NCBI GenBank assembly: GCA_963700285.1 | Contig: CAVOXA010000014.1 | Coordinates: 896,001 to 960,000 of the forward strand | Direction of reading: 5' to 3' | Length of the DNA stretch: 64,000 nucleotides | Source: an uncultured Chloroflexia bacterium | Lineage (GTDB): Bacteria > Chloroflexota > Anaerolineae > JAAYZQ01 | Shown here: piece by piece, positions 39,026 through 48,859 of the stretch | How the letters are laid out: each line of letters begins with the position of its first letter | Position numbering within the stretch: position 1 is the first letter of the stretch | Notes under the pieces: generated by a model | Databases searched by the model: none | What the model was told of the DNA's origin: nothing | The model's input: only the letters and a program-made list of their open reading frames with translations | Made by a program: the position numbers and the translations under genes

Positions 39026-39913
39026 ATGACAGTGACAGTGCGATCCCTTGAAACATCAGAGCAAATCCTGCCAAGACGCAGTCCAAGAGCCCAATCGTTG
39101 CGCCGCTTCTCTCGGAACGTGCCAGGTATGGTGGGACTGGTACTGGTCCTCATCATCCTTGTGCTGGCAGTGGGCGCACCCTTGTTCACCGACGCCGACC
39201 CAAAGGCCATTGACACAACAGTGATCCTGCAATCACCCAGTCTCGATCATTGGTTCGGCACTGACGACATTGGCCGAGATGTATTCAGCCGCGTATTGTA
39301 TGGCGCCCGCATATCGATACTCATTGGGCTGGCTGTGGCTGTCATTACCACCCTAACGGGGATGACCCTTGGTCTGCTGGCGGGCTTTTACCCGCGGCTG
39401 GACAACCCGATCATGCGGGCAATGGATGTATTGATGGCCTTTCCTACGATTCTGCTCGCCCTCGGCATCGTGGCGATCCTTGGCCCGCAGTTGATCAACA
39501 TCGTGATTGCCCTGGTCATTCCTTACACACCCACGACGGCTCGCCTCGTCAGAGGAGTTGTTCTCCAACTCAAGGGGTCAGAGTTCGTTGCGGCAGCAAA
39601 CGCGATAGGTGTAAAGAATCGCCAGATCATTACCCGCCATCTGGTACCGAACAGTATTTCGGTAGTCATTGTTCGCCAGACCTATGTCCTGGCCACTGCC
39701 ATCTTGGCTGAGGCCGCACTGACTTTTCTGGGCGTGGGTGTCCCCCCTGACGTGGCAACGTTAGGGGGAATCATGGCTTCTGCCCGGTCGCATATGCGGT
39801 ACGCGGCATGGTTGTCGCTGTACCCAGGTTTGGCCATCTCGGTTTTGGTGCTGGGCTTTAACCTTTTGGGTGATGGCCTGCGAGATGTACTGGATCCGCG
39901 CATGAAGATGTAG
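39026..39913 (+). CDS. Peptide ABC permease (DppC-like)
   Basis: GTDDIGRDVFSR, GDGLRDVLDP. Confidence 0.93.
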   Translation: MTVTVRSLETSEQILPRRSPRAQSLRRFSRNVPGMVGLVLVLIILVLAVGAPLFTDADPKAIDTTVILQSPSLDHWFGTDDIGRDVFSRVLYGARISILIGLAVAVITTLTGMTLGLLAGFYPRLDNPIMRAMDVLMAFPTILLALGIVAILGPQLINIVIALVIPYTPTTARLVRGVVLQLKGSEFVAAANAIGVKNRQIITRHLVPNSISVVIVRQTYVLATAILAEAALTFLGVGVPPDVATLGGIMASARSHMRYAAWLSLYPGLAISVLVLGFNLLGDGLRDVLDPRMKM

Positions 39914-39980
39914 GTGCTCCAACCCAGATAGATCTAAAGTTATGATAGAGGCAATTCTAAGCGAAATGGGAGGACATTCC

Positions 39981-41768
39981 GTGGTTGAAGCATTTGACGT
40001 TCTCATCAGGGATACTATGATAGTGGATGGAACCGGCAGCCCTGCTTTCAAGGGCAGCGTAGGAATCAGAGCAGGAAAAATCGTTGCCGTAGGCCAGATC
40101 ACCGGGGAGGCTGCTGAGGTGATAGATGGGTCAGGGCTTGTGACATGCCCAGGTTTTATCGATCCCCATTCTCACGCTGACCTGACCATTCTGTCCTATC
40201 CTCTGGCCGAGAACTTGATCATGCAGGGTATCACAACCTTTGTCGGCGGCAACTGTGGTTTCAGCTTGGCCCCGCTAAAGGACACCGCCCAATTTGAGAG
40301 GGCCATGAACACTTGGAAGCAGGACCTGGAACTGGATTGGGGGACCTTTGGCGAATGGTTGTCCAAGGTGGATGCCGTTGGTTTGTCGCCCAACTATGTG
40401 CCGCTGGTGGGTCACAATACAATCCGAGAGTGGGTAATGGGGGAGGATTTCAAGCGCGAGGCCACCCCGGACGAAGTCGAAGGGATGAAGGACCTTGTGG
40501 GCGCGGCCATGAGCAATGGTGCCTTTGGCCTGTCCGCCGGCCTGGATGCTTATTGGGCAGGTCATTTCGCCAATGTAGACCAAGAAATCGTCGAGTTGGC
40601 CAAGATCGTCCAGGCAGAAGGCGGCCTCTTTGCTCCTCATACGAGGCATCATCAGAACCAGTGGCCAGTTGACGAGCCCTCAGAATATGGCTATGGCCTT
40701 TTCCATGCGCCAACAGGCGAGATCATTGCCGGACGATACCATGGATTGTTGGAAGCTGTGGAGGTGGCGCACAAGGCCAATGGTGTCCAACTCCACATCG
40801 CCCATTTTACGCCGGTGTACATCATCCCCCAGCCACATCCAGACTATGTGGACAAAGCCATCGCCCAGGCCAGCTTGGAGGCAATCATCGACAAGGCCAG
40901 GGATGAGGGCCTGGATGTGACTTTTAATGCATTGGGCTGGTCCCAGAGCGTCGGGCAGGAAGTTCCGGTTATCAACGCTTTCTTTGCCGCGAATCTGCTC
41001 CTTCCGGACTGGTTCAGGGCTTTGAGCCGGGAGGAGTTTGTGGAGAACCTGGAGGATACGGCTTTCAGAGACCGGGTGAAAGAAATAGTTCTCTCCGGCA
41101 AGTTCAAATTCGGCATGCTCCATCCCCTGACCGATCCCTATTGGATGGACTGCTACAGGGTCTTGCAGAGCAACAACCCAGCCTTTGAAGGCAAGACAAT
41201 CGGGCAGATGGCCAGGGAGAGACGGCCTGACAGCATTATCAAAGCAGTGTACGATGAATCGTTCGAGGTCGTGTTTGACATATTGGTCCAAGATCCGACC
41301 ACAACTTGGGCGCTGATCATAGACAAGCGGGAAAGTGGCGTCCTGGCCACGTTCTTCCAGCATCCTGGCGGCTTGCCTTGTACCGATGTCACGGCCCTTC
41401 CTGCCATTCCCCCCAAGCAGGGAGCGCGCTTTGGCGGGGCAGCCCCCATCGCCTATGGCATGTTCCCTCACTATATCCGAACCATGGTGAAGGAAGAGGG
41501 CGTGCTGAGCCTGGAGGAAGCCATAAGGAAGGTGACCTCTCTACCGGCCCAGGAGATCCTGGGCTTGGAGGATAGAGGCGTCATCAAAGAAGGAGCGTGG
41601 GCTGACCTGGTGGTCATGGACATGGAGAGCATCAGAGAGGGAGATGATTTCCTGGAGCCCTACCAGCCGCCAGAGGGGATAGAGCAAGTGCTGGTGAATG
41701 GCACAATCGTCTACAAGGACATGGCTCATACAGGCCAGCGACCGGGCAAGGTGCTGCGGCGCAACTAG
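39981..41768 (+). CDS. N-acyl-D-amino-acid deacylase family amidohydrolase (divergent)
   Basis: PGFIDPHSHAD, GNCG, YGMFPHY, DRGVIKEGAWADLV. GTG start follows GGAGG. Confidence 0.88.
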   Translation: MVEAFDVLIRDTMIVDGTGSPAFKGSVGIRAGKIVAVGQITGEAAEVIDGSGLVTCPGFIDPHSHADLTILSYPLAENLIMQGITTFVGGNCGFSLAPLKDTAQFERAMNTWKQDLELDWGTFGEWLSKVDAVGLSPNYVPLVGHNTIREWVMGEDFKREATPDEVEGMKDLVGAAMSNGAFGLSAGLDAYWAGHFANVDQEIVELAKIVQAEGGLFAPHTRHHQNQWPVDEPSEYGYGLFHAPTGEIIAGRYHGLLEAVEVAHKANGVQLHIAHFTPVYIIPQPHPDYVDKAIAQASLEAIIDKARDEGLDVTFNALGWSQSVGQEVPVINAFFAANLLLPDWFRALSREEFVENLEDTAFRDRVKEIVLSGKFKFGMLHPLTDPYWMDCYRVLQSNNPAFEGKTIGQMARERRPDSIIKAVYDESFEVVFDILVQDPTTTWALIIDKRESGVLATFFQHPGGLPCTDVTALPAIPPKQGARFGGAAPIAYGMFPHYIRTMVKEEGVLSLEEAIRKVTSLPAQEILGLEDRGVIKEGAWADLVVMDMESIREGDDFLEPYQPPEGIEQVLVNGTIVYKDMAHTGQRPGKVLRRN

Positions 41769-41918
41769 GACAATGGGTAGCGGGCTCTTGCTGCGTGCTA
41801 TGGTGGCTTGGGCCTCAATCTCAAGCCGGTGGCACAAGCCGAATGGCCAGAAACCAGTACCGGCACAGATTGACCAGTTCGACAATACAATACAATCGGC
41901 AGTTGTTGGAGGAGAATC

Positions 41919-43358
41919 ATGGATGTTCCATGTGTACAAGCCTTGTCGTCGCGAATCCGCTGGGGATCTGCCCGGGCCGACATCACACCGCCCGTCGGGA
42001 TATATCATCGCCTATGGGGGGCTGCTAGCCATGACCGCGCCTCAGGGGTTCACAAACCTCTGTTAGGTGATATCGTAGCCATCGGCCCTGTGGGCGATTC
42101 TGCCCCGCGCTCGTTGCGGGCACATCTTGACCTGGTCTATCTGCCTCTGGACCAGCACAACCTCTTGAGATCAACCCTGAGCCAGGCCAGTGGTGTGTCC
42201 ATAGAACATACGACGATCTCCTATTCCCATACCCATTCCTCGGGCTGGCTCAGTCCGGACCGCTATGAGCTGCCTGGAGGAGACATGATTCCTGCCTACC
42301 TGGAAGAGATGCGGGCTCACTTGCAGCGTGCGGCCCGAGACGCTGTGACCAAAGCTCAGCAAACCAACATCACCTATGCAGTTGGTCGGTGCAATATGGC
42401 TGCCAACCGTGACTATTGGGACGTGGAGAATGGGCATCATGTATGTGGGCTAAACCCAGATGCCCCCGCGGACGATACTGTGCTCGTGGCTCGGGTGACC
42501 GATCTGTCGGGCAATCTGGTTGCAGTCGTGGTCAACTATGCCTGCCACGCTACCTCTCTGTCTTATGAAAACTCGCTGATCAGTCCAGACTATGCGGGCG
42601 CCATGAGGGAAGAGGTCACGCGCGTGACCGGAAGCCCTTGCATCTTTGCCTTGGGACCCTGTGGGGATTTGGGGCCCCGCCGTGGCTATGTGGGAGGCGT
42701 TTCCGTGGCGGATCAGAATGGTCGCTGGCTGGCCTATGCGGCGCTATCTGCCCTGGAGTCCATGGGACCGCCGGCGACTGACTATCAATATCAGGGTCCT
42801 GTCGTCTCGGGCGCAACCCTGGGCGTCTGGCGGGATTCTGGCTTTGGGGACGAACGCAAGGAACAGGTGTCCTATTTTGAAGGGGGAACCCATACTATCG
42901 AACTACCCCTCAAGCCCAGGCCAGAGCCCGATGCGCTTCGCGAAGAAATGGAGCAGTGGCTAGCTCGCCAGAGGGAAGCCAAAGAGTCTGAGGACCTGAT
43001 AGCGGCCAGGGACTTTGGCGCTCGGGCAGAACGGGCTCGACGTTGGCTCGGGCGCATGGCTGCTCTTCCAGAGGGAACGTCCTACCTCTATGGCTTTTCG
43101 GTCTACCGCCTGGGCGACGCCTTCTGGGTGACGTGTGGCGGCGAGCCCTACAGCCTGTTGCAGACCGAACTGCGCAGGCGATTTCCCGACAAGGCAATCC
43201 TGGTAAGCCCGGTATCGGGAGACCCTTCGGTGGCTTATCTTCTGCCCAGGGACCGATACGGCAAAGGGCTGTACCAAGAAGAGCCCTCCATTCTCGCACC
43301 AGGCTGCCTGGAAAAGGCAATCGACAGCATCGCTGAGCAGATCATGGCTTTGCTCTAG
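41919..43358 (+). CDS. Neutral/alkaline ceramidase-like amidase family protein
   Basis: ARADITPP, SHTHS, NYACHAT, ISPDYAG, GPCGD. Confidence 0.75.
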   Translation: MDVPCVQALSSRIRWGSARADITPPVGIYHRLWGAASHDRASGVHKPLLGDIVAIGPVGDSAPRSLRAHLDLVYLPLDQHNLLRSTLSQASGVSIEHTTISYSHTHSSGWLSPDRYELPGGDMIPAYLEEMRAHLQRAARDAVTKAQQTNITYAVGRCNMAANRDYWDVENGHHVCGLNPDAPADDTVLVARVTDLSGNLVAVVVNYACHATSLSYENSLISPDYAGAMREEVTRVTGSPCIFALGPCGDLGPRRGYVGGVSVADQNGRWLAYAALSALESMGPPATDYQYQGPVVSGATLGVWRDSGFGDERKEQVSYFEGGTHTIELPLKPRPEPDALREEMEQWLARQREAKESEDLIAARDFGARAERARRWLGRMAALPEGTSYLYGFSVYRLGDAFWVTCGGEPYSLLQTELRRRFPDKAILVSPVSGDPSVAYLLPRDRYGKGLYQEEPSILAPGCLEKAIDSIAEQIMALL

Positions 43359-43407
43359 GAATAAGATCCTATACAAGTTCACTGCAAGGAAAATGGAAGG
43401 AGAAACA

Positions 43408-44754
43408 ATGAAACCTACGGCCAGGCAGGAGCGGTTGCTCAAGCACACCTTCATCGACTTTCAGCAGACTTCGGAAGTGATCAAGTCGCCTTTGATCTTT
43501 GAACGTGCTGAGGGGCTCTACTGTTGGGATATTGAGGGCAAGCGTTATTTTGATGCGATCGGCGGCGTCTTTGTCGCTGTCCTGGGACATCGCCATCCTC
43601 GGGTCATGGAGGCAATGCGGCGCCAGATGGAACGGTTGACCTTTGCTGCCCCGCTGCACGGTATTTCGGATGTTACCCTGGAGTTTGTAGATAAACTTGG
43701 CTCGGTCACTCCTGGGAATCTAAACTACATCAAGGGCTTCTCTGGCGGCTCGGAATCCATCGAGGCGGCCCTCAAGTTCGGTCGGCAGTATTTCAGGCAA
43801 ACGGGTCACCCGAGCAAGTACAAGGTAGTCAGTGTCTATCTTGGCTACCACGGGGCGACCTTGGCGACTCTGGCGGCAGGCGCCATGCGCAAGGAGCCTT
43901 TTGAGCCCCACATGGCGGGATTCTTGAAGGTCCCTTCACCCATTCAGTACCGCGATCGATTTGCTTCCTGGGAAGAAACCAACCGCTTCTGTGCCCGCAT
44001 GTTTGAGGATGTGATTGTCAATGAAGGTCCAGAGACAATCTCTGCCATTCTACTGGAACCCATCTGCAACACAGGGGGCATCGTCACCCCAACCGAGGAG
44101 TATTTTCAGATCCTGCGCGATATCTGTGATCGCCACAACGTCCTGCTCATCTTTGACGAGGTCCTGACGGGGATTGGACGGACTGGCGATATGTTTGCGG
44201 CCCAGACCTTTGGTGTGACCCCAGACATCATCTGTTCCGGCAAGGGCCTATCCAGCGGCGGGATCCCCATCGGGGCCATGATCGTGCGTGAGGATCTGGC
44301 TGATGCCTTCTATGGCTCTGAGGAGCTTGGCATCCAGTTCTTCCACGGCCATACCTTTGCTGGCAACCCGCTCTCCTGCGCGGCTGGCATCGCGGTGATT
44401 GACGAGATAGTCGAGAAGGAACTGGACAAAAAAGCAAGGTGGTTGGGCGATCATCTGGTCAAAAGGCTGGAGGGATTGAGTCACCTTGGGGTGATCCGTG
44501 AGGTACGGGGCAAGGGCGTCCTGCGAGGGGTCGAGTTGGTGCAAGATGACACAACCATGGAGCCTTTTCCCGAGGGGCGCAAGCTGGGTGACGTACTCAA
44601 GCGAACTGCGCTCAAGAACGGCTTGATCCTGCGCATCAGCCCAGACTGGTTCGCCGTCTCTCCGCCTCTGATTGCCGAGGAATCTGACATTGACGAAATG
44701 TGCGACCTGATCGAAAAAAGCCTGCGGGAAGCCCTGGAGATACTGAATCGGTAG
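43408..44754 (+). CDS. Class III PLP aminotransferase (omega-amino acid / BioA-like)
   Basis: SGGSESIEAALK, YHGAT, IFDEVLTGIGRTG, PDIICSGKGLSSG, HGHTFAGNP. Confidence 0.92.
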   Translation: MKPTARQERLLKHTFIDFQQTSEVIKSPLIFERAEGLYCWDIEGKRYFDAIGGVFVAVLGHRHPRVMEAMRRQMERLTFAAPLHGISDVTLEFVDKLGSVTPGNLNYIKGFSGGSESIEAALKFGRQYFRQTGHPSKYKVVSVYLGYHGATLATLAAGAMRKEPFEPHMAGFLKVPSPIQYRDRFASWEETNRFCARMFEDVIVNEGPETISAILLEPICNTGGIVTPTEEYFQILRDICDRHNVLLIFDEVLTGIGRTGDMFAAQTFGVTPDIICSGKGLSSGGIPIGAMIVREDLADAFYGSEELGIQFFHGHTFAGNPLSCAAGIAVIDEIVEKELDKKARWLGDHLVKRLEGLSHLGVIREVRGKGVLRGVELVQDDTTMEPFPEGRKLGDVLKRTALKNGLILRISPDWFAVSPPLIAEESDIDEMCDLIEKSLREALEILNR

Positions 44755-44881
44755 TTGGGTGAGAGACAGGAATGAAGAACTGATGCTGACCACTGGACAG
44801 TGTAATAGGATGATCGATGCACGATGCTCAAAGACGCATCTCATCGCAGGTGCTTGTTGAGCATCTAGAGCAAAAAGGGGG

Positions 44882-46162
44882 ATGAACATGCCAGATTTTA
44901 TCAAAGCAAGGACACTGTTACAAGAGTTCAAGGGTGATACCTATGTCCATGGATTGGGGGTACTGTCCCAGGTCGGGCAGCAGGCGACTGCCCTGGGCAA
45001 GCATGCGGCACTGGTCTGCGACGTGTTCCCGGGTTCGGACAAGTGGGTGATGCGCATCGAAGAATCGCTCCAAGAGGCGGGGGTCGAGGTACCCGGCAGG
45101 GTTCCAGGGGCCAGCCCTAATGCACCGCGTGAGGATTTAAGCCGGATTAGAGCAGAACTCGAGTCGCTCAACCCCGATGTCATTGTGAGTTTTGGAGGCG
45201 GCAGCACCATCGATGCCACCAAGGCTGCCGAAGTTCTTCGTACGTTGGGCGGTGATATTGAGGACTATTTTGGGATGGGTCTGGTCTCAAAGAAGGTGAG
45301 TGACACTGGAATACGGCTGACTCCCCATGTGGCCATCCAGACCGCCGCCAGTTCCGGGGCTCATTTGACAAAGTACTCGAATATTACGGACATAGCCACC
45401 GGGCAGAAAAAGCTGATTGTGGACGAGGCTGTTGTGCCAGTGCGGCCCATGTTTGACTATGCAGTCACCATTGGAGCGCCGGCCGCCTTGACAGCCGACG
45501 GCGCCCTGGACGGAATTGCCCACTGCCTAGAAGTTCTATACGGCTCAGTGGGCCAGCCAATCTACGACAGGATGCAGGAGGTGGCTGGGGAGGGTATCCG
45601 CCTTGTGGTTGAGTATCTGCCCCAGGCATTGGAGGATCCACAGGATCCCGAGGCTCGGGAGGCATTGGGCCTGGCAACAGACCTGGGCGGCTATGCCATC
45701 ATGCTGGGCGGTACCAATGGCGCCCACCTTACCAGTTTCTCTCTGGTGGATGTCCTGAGCCATGGTCGTGCTTGCGCCATCATGAACCCCTATTATACAG
45801 TCTTTTTCGCACCAGAGATCCAGGACCCCCTCAGACTCGTGGGCAAGATCCATCGGGAGAATGGATATTCGGATGCCGACTTTGATGCTCTGGAAGGACG
45901 GGAGCTGGGCATAGCCGTCGCCAATGCCATGATCTCCTTTGAAAGACATGTGGGATTTCCAACCACTCTGAGTCAAGTACCCGGGTTCAGCGATGCCCAC
46001 ACCCAACGGGCACTGGCCGCAGCCAAGAATCCACAACTCAAGATGAAGCTGGAGAACATGCCGGTAGCGCTCACGGCAGAGATGGTTGACGAGTACATGG
46101 GACCGGTGCTGGAAGCGGCTACATCGGGTGACCTGACTGTGATCAAGAACGTACCTCGCTAA
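44882..46162 (+). CDS. Iron-containing alcohol dehydrogenase family
   Basis: GGGSTIDATK, DGIAHCLE, GAHLTS, SHGRAC. Confidence 0.88.
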   Translation: MNMPDFIKARTLLQEFKGDTYVHGLGVLSQVGQQATALGKHAALVCDVFPGSDKWVMRIEESLQEAGVEVPGRVPGASPNAPREDLSRIRAELESLNPDVIVSFGGGSTIDATKAAEVLRTLGGDIEDYFGMGLVSKKVSDTGIRLTPHVAIQTAASSGAHLTKYSNITDIATGQKKLIVDEAVVPVRPMFDYAVTIGAPAALTADGALDGIAHCLEVLYGSVGQPIYDRMQEVAGEGIRLVVEYLPQALEDPQDPEAREALGLATDLGGYAIMLGGTNGAHLTSFSLVDVLSHGRACAIMNPYYTVFFAPEIQDPLRLVGKIHRENGYSDADFDALEGRELGIAVANAMISFERHVGFPTTLSQVPGFSDAHTQRALAAAKNPQLKMKLENMPVALTAEMVDEYMGPVLEAATSGDLTVIKNVPR

Positions 46163-46320
46163 AAGGACACGAGCGAGACGTCGAGCGAACGACGGCACGG
46201 CGTGCCAAGACTCAGAAGGTGTCCTGCAGGTCCCGGCTGGCAAAAGCTGGCCCGGCTATGTAGGCGACTGCTTGATACCGTGAGAAAACAGTTACCGAAA
46301 CAGCACCATGGAGGAGTCCT

Positions 46321-47499
46321 GTGATGATCCAAAATCCTGTGGAAAAACTGAGCGAGTCCAGTTCAGACCTGGAAGTCTGGTGGGATTCTTCACCCCTGGT
46401 TTATGAACCATGGACTGAGGGCATGGGAGGGGCTGATAGGGCAGGAAACCTGTTCGACATCGAGGTTGCAAGCTCGGGAGCCACCCGGTTCCGAAGCAAC
46501 AGCTTGGTGAGGGGCGCAACGACCAACCAACCTCTAACCTGGCAGGTGATCGACAGCGAGCCCGACAAGTGGAGCGCTTGGCTGAGGGCCCAGCTGGAAG
46601 CCGAACCCGATCTGACCGCAAGGGACGCCATGTGGCGACTCTTTATCGAGGTTGCAGTCCAGGGTGCTGACAAACTGGCGCCCATCTTTCAAGCCTCAGG
46701 CCATCGCCATGGGTACATCTGCTGCCAGGTTGACCCGCGGGATATGACAAACCTGGATGCCATGCTAGAACAGGCCCGCCGCATCCATGGCGCGAGGCCG
46801 AACCTGATGGTCAAAATGCCCGGCACGAAGGAGGGCATTGAGGGTGTACGGATCCTGACTTCTGAGGGTATCCCCACCAACGTCACATTAGGTTTTACGG
46901 TTCCTCAATTGGTAGCCGTGGGACAAGCAGCCCAGGCGGGCTTGGACAAAGCGGTGGAGCAAGGCACCGATCTCCGCAACTGGCGCTCCTGTGCCGTTAT
47001 GATGCTGGGTCGGTACGAGGGCGCAGCTCCCATGCAAGCTCAGGCCGAGGAACGCGGCATCAAGTTGAGCGAGTCCGATTTGCGCTGGGCTGGAATCTCC
47101 ATCTTTCGCAAAGCTCATCGCATCTTTCGGGAACGGAGATATCCCAGCAAATTGATGGCTGCTTCGATGAGACTGGGGCCAGTGGTAGACGGCGTGACCC
47201 GGGTATGGCACCTGGAGAAACTGGCGGGTGCGAATGCCGTACTGACGGTGTTTCCCAATGTATTTGAAGCTTTTCTCGCTGCCTACGGCGATTTGCCGTT
47301 GGAGCCTCAGATCGAGGAACCCATTCCCGATCAAGTCTTGGAGCGGTTGTCACAGATTCCTTACTTTGCAGAAGCATACGACGAGCATGGGATCGCCCCA
47401 GAAGACTGGGCGAGCCATCCCGCTCTCCAGGTCACGGCCGCCAGTTTTTCTGAAGCCATGGAAGAGATCGAGATGTTCGCGGCCAGATCTATCGAATAG
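46321..47499 (+). CDS. Transaldolase-family protein (atypical)
   Basis: WWDS, GATTNQP, Schiff-base Lys in MVKMPGT, TNVTLGFTV, KLMAASMR. Confidence 0.85.
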   Translation: MMIQNPVEKLSESSSDLEVWWDSSPLVYEPWTEGMGGADRAGNLFDIEVASSGATRFRSNSLVRGATTNQPLTWQVIDSEPDKWSAWLRAQLEAEPDLTARDAMWRLFIEVAVQGADKLAPIFQASGHRHGYICCQVDPRDMTNLDAMLEQARRIHGARPNLMVKMPGTKEGIEGVRILTSEGIPTNVTLGFTVPQLVAVGQAAQAGLDKAVEQGTDLRNWRSCAVMMLGRYEGAAPMQAQAEERGIKLSESDLRWAGISIFRKAHRIFRERRYPSKLMAASMRLGPVVDGVTRVWHLEKLAGANAVLTVFPNVFEAFLAAYGDLPLEPQIEEPIPDQVLERLSQIPYFAEAYDEHGIAPEDWASHPALQVTAASFSEAMEEIEMFAARSIE

Positions 47500-47507
47500 G
47501 AGACAAC

Positions 47508-48842
47508 ATGGACAGCAATCAGCAACTCTGGAGCAGGGCGTCGCAAGTTCTTCCAGGCGGTGTCTGCTCATCGGCACGCATAAACAACGGGCTCGGCCAT
47601 CCATTCTACATATCGCGGGCCAAAGGCAGCAAGGTCTACGACCTGGAAGGCAGAGAATATATCGACCTGTGCCTCTCTTTTGGGGCTTCCCTGCTGGGGC
47701 ATGCCCATCCACAGGTCGTTGAGGGCATCGCGCAGGCCGTAGAGATGGGCATCATGTGTGCCTACGAAAACGAATGGCAAACACGGCTCGCCGAGAAAAT
47801 CGCTGCGACGGTCCCCTGCATCGACATGCTTCGCTTTTCGATCAGCGGCACCGAGACGACGGGCTATGCCGTCAAGCTTGCCCGCGAATACACCGGGCGC
47901 AAGTACGTCGTCAAGTTCGAAGGCCACTTTCACGGTTTCAACGACTACCTGGCCTACAACTACTGGCCGCCACGGGGAGACACCTGGCCCAAGATCACAC
48001 CTGCGGTACAGGGGATGCCTGACTACCTGCAGGATGGCGTGATTGTCCTGCCCTACAACGACTTTGAACGCATCGAGGAAACGATGAGCCAGCGCGGCCA
48101 CGAGATTGCCGCCGTCATGCTGGAGCCGGTCAACTATAACAGCGGCACCATCCTGCCACAACCAGGCTACCTCGAACTCCTCCGGCGGCTGACCGCTGAA
48201 CAAGGCTCGCTCCTGATCTTTGACGAGATCCTCTCCGGATATCGCACGGGACCTGGCTGTATCCAGGGGACCTACGGCGTCACCCCGGACCTATGCACGC
48301 TGGGCAAGGCCATTGCAGGGGGAATACCGCTGAGTGTCTTTGGCGGCAAGCGGGAGTTCATGGAGCATATCTCGCCCCTGGGCAAGGCACAGCACAGTGG
48401 CACCTTCAATGGAGGCATGGTGGCCGTCATGGCCGCCAACGCGTTCTATGACCTGATCCTGGAAGAAGGCTTCTATGATGGCTTGTTGGAGCGCTGCGAC
48501 CGGTTTTACGCGGGCATCAACGAGATCATGGTCCGCCTTGGCTTTGTAGGGCGGGTGCAGGGCAAGGGAGCACGCTTTTCGTTCTTGTTCGGACCGGTCG
48601 CAGAGAAACCAGATATCCGAAACTATCAAGACCTTATCGACAATGAATGGGGGCTGTTGAATCGCTTCTATACTGCCTGCCTCAATCACGGCGTCTATGT
48701 CCACACCATGCTCCATCATGGCCTGTCATCGGCTCACACGGATGCGGACATCGATCGCGCGCTGGAGGGCATCGAGGCCGCCCTGCGCGAAGTGATGGCC
48801 GGCGGTTCAGCGCCAGACACATCGGCCGCGGCTCCCTTCTAG
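47508..48842 (+). CDS. Class III aminotransferase (GSA aminomutase-like)
   Basis: LPGGVCS, SGTE, KFEGHFHG, IFDEILSGYR, PDLCTLGKAIAGG, SGTFNG. Confidence 0.9.
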   Translation: MDSNQQLWSRASQVLPGGVCSSARINNGLGHPFYISRAKGSKVYDLEGREYIDLCLSFGASLLGHAHPQVVEGIAQAVEMGIMCAYENEWQTRLAEKIAATVPCIDMLRFSISGTETTGYAVKLAREYTGRKYVVKFEGHFHGFNDYLAYNYWPPRGDTWPKITPAVQGMPDYLQDGVIVLPYNDFERIEETMSQRGHEIAAVMLEPVNYNSGTILPQPGYLELLRRLTAEQGSLLIFDEILSGYRTGPGCIQGTYGVTPDLCTLGKAIAGGIPLSVFGGKREFMEHISPLGKAQHSGTFNGGMVAVMAANAFYDLILEEGFYDGLLERCDRFYAGINEIMVRLGFVGRVQGKGARFSFLFGPVAEKPDIRNYQDLIDNEWGLLNRFYTACLNHGVYVHTMLHHGLSSAHTDADIDRALEGIEAALREVMAGGSAPDTSAAAPF

Positions 48843-48859
48843 ACTTGGAGGTTCGCCCC

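Noticed and set aside
11218-48842. Calling the GSA-like genes hemL and the URO-D-like genes hemE
   Set aside because: The context is catabolic, no other heme genes are present, and the sequences diverge from the canonical enzymes.
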